From contig NW_021832123.1 in NCBI RefSeq assembly GCF_006345805.1, forward strand, positions 182,140 through 246,139: a DNA stretch of 64,000 nt, read 5' to 3'. Each line of letters starts with the position of its first letter. Position 1 is the first letter of the stretch. Under the pieces are notes generated by a model, which saw nothing but the letters and a program-made list of their open reading frames with translations, was not told the origin of the DNA and did no database searches. The position numbers were made by a program, and so were the translations under genes. This stretch comes from Octopus sinensis (Eukaryota). Below, piece after piece: positions 63,851 through 64,000 of the stretch.

Positions 63851-64000
63851 CTAGCAATAACTCGATAAATATTTAGCGATCTCTCTATCAATTTTTTCAT
63901 TACTTTCTGCAACCAATATCCCGACAATAGAGTCAATCTCCTCAGTTATGTGGTCAGCCCTACGTTGGCATGAATTAGTACTTTAGTAATTGGTCGGGGA
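63851..64000 (-). CDS. BOD1: BOD1-like, copy B, last exon (partial at the window edge)
   Basis: Matches 17727-17876. Confidence 0.7.

Larger units (their letters stand above)
38149..64000. repeat. Segmental duplication, copy B (continues past the window end)
   Basis: Same gene order and orientation as copy A, with copy-specific insertions; divergence is a few percent by eye. Confidence 0.97.

Noticed and set aside
1-64000. tRNA, rRNA, snRNA or spliced-leader RNA genes
   Set aside because: No cloverleaf, A/B-box pair or recognisable rRNA/snRNA sequence seen by eye; a covariance-model scan would be needed to exclude them.

Overview
AT-rich eukaryotic DNA, not prokaryotic. It comes from a compact animal genome with ultra-short GT-AG introns (about 22-35 nt); a dicyemid/orthonectid/myxozoan-type parasite is my inference. 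Layout: (i) 376-~17880 is copy A of a direct segmental duplication. Copy B starts at 38149 and runs off the window end. The unit holds YARS1, a Ginger2-like TIR transposon, SRP68, TAF4, an old RT remnant, a TMC channel gene and BOD1-like. (ii) 17900-38100 is single-copy within the window: a secreted protein made of PCSK9-CTD/resistin-like Cys modules, WIP-like, a Merlin transposon, then a tightly packed block (MORN3, MED7, EPT1/SELENOI-like, ABCD4, PIN1, protocadherin-like, RABGEF1) and an R4/Dong-type retroelement fragment. (iii) The two copies differ by seven copy-specific TE insertions: two CRE-type 3' ends, a full-length two-ORF LINE, a poly(A) multimer element, an IR/DR Tc1, a second Ginger, and a 9.6-kb composite Helitron carrying two ~96-bp satellite arrays. 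Main observation: SRP68, TAF4 and TMC are damaged in both copies, by different lesions each time. Exon boundaries and identities were derived by eye and from remembered family motifs; no searches were run. One-base homopolymer indels may be assembly errors.
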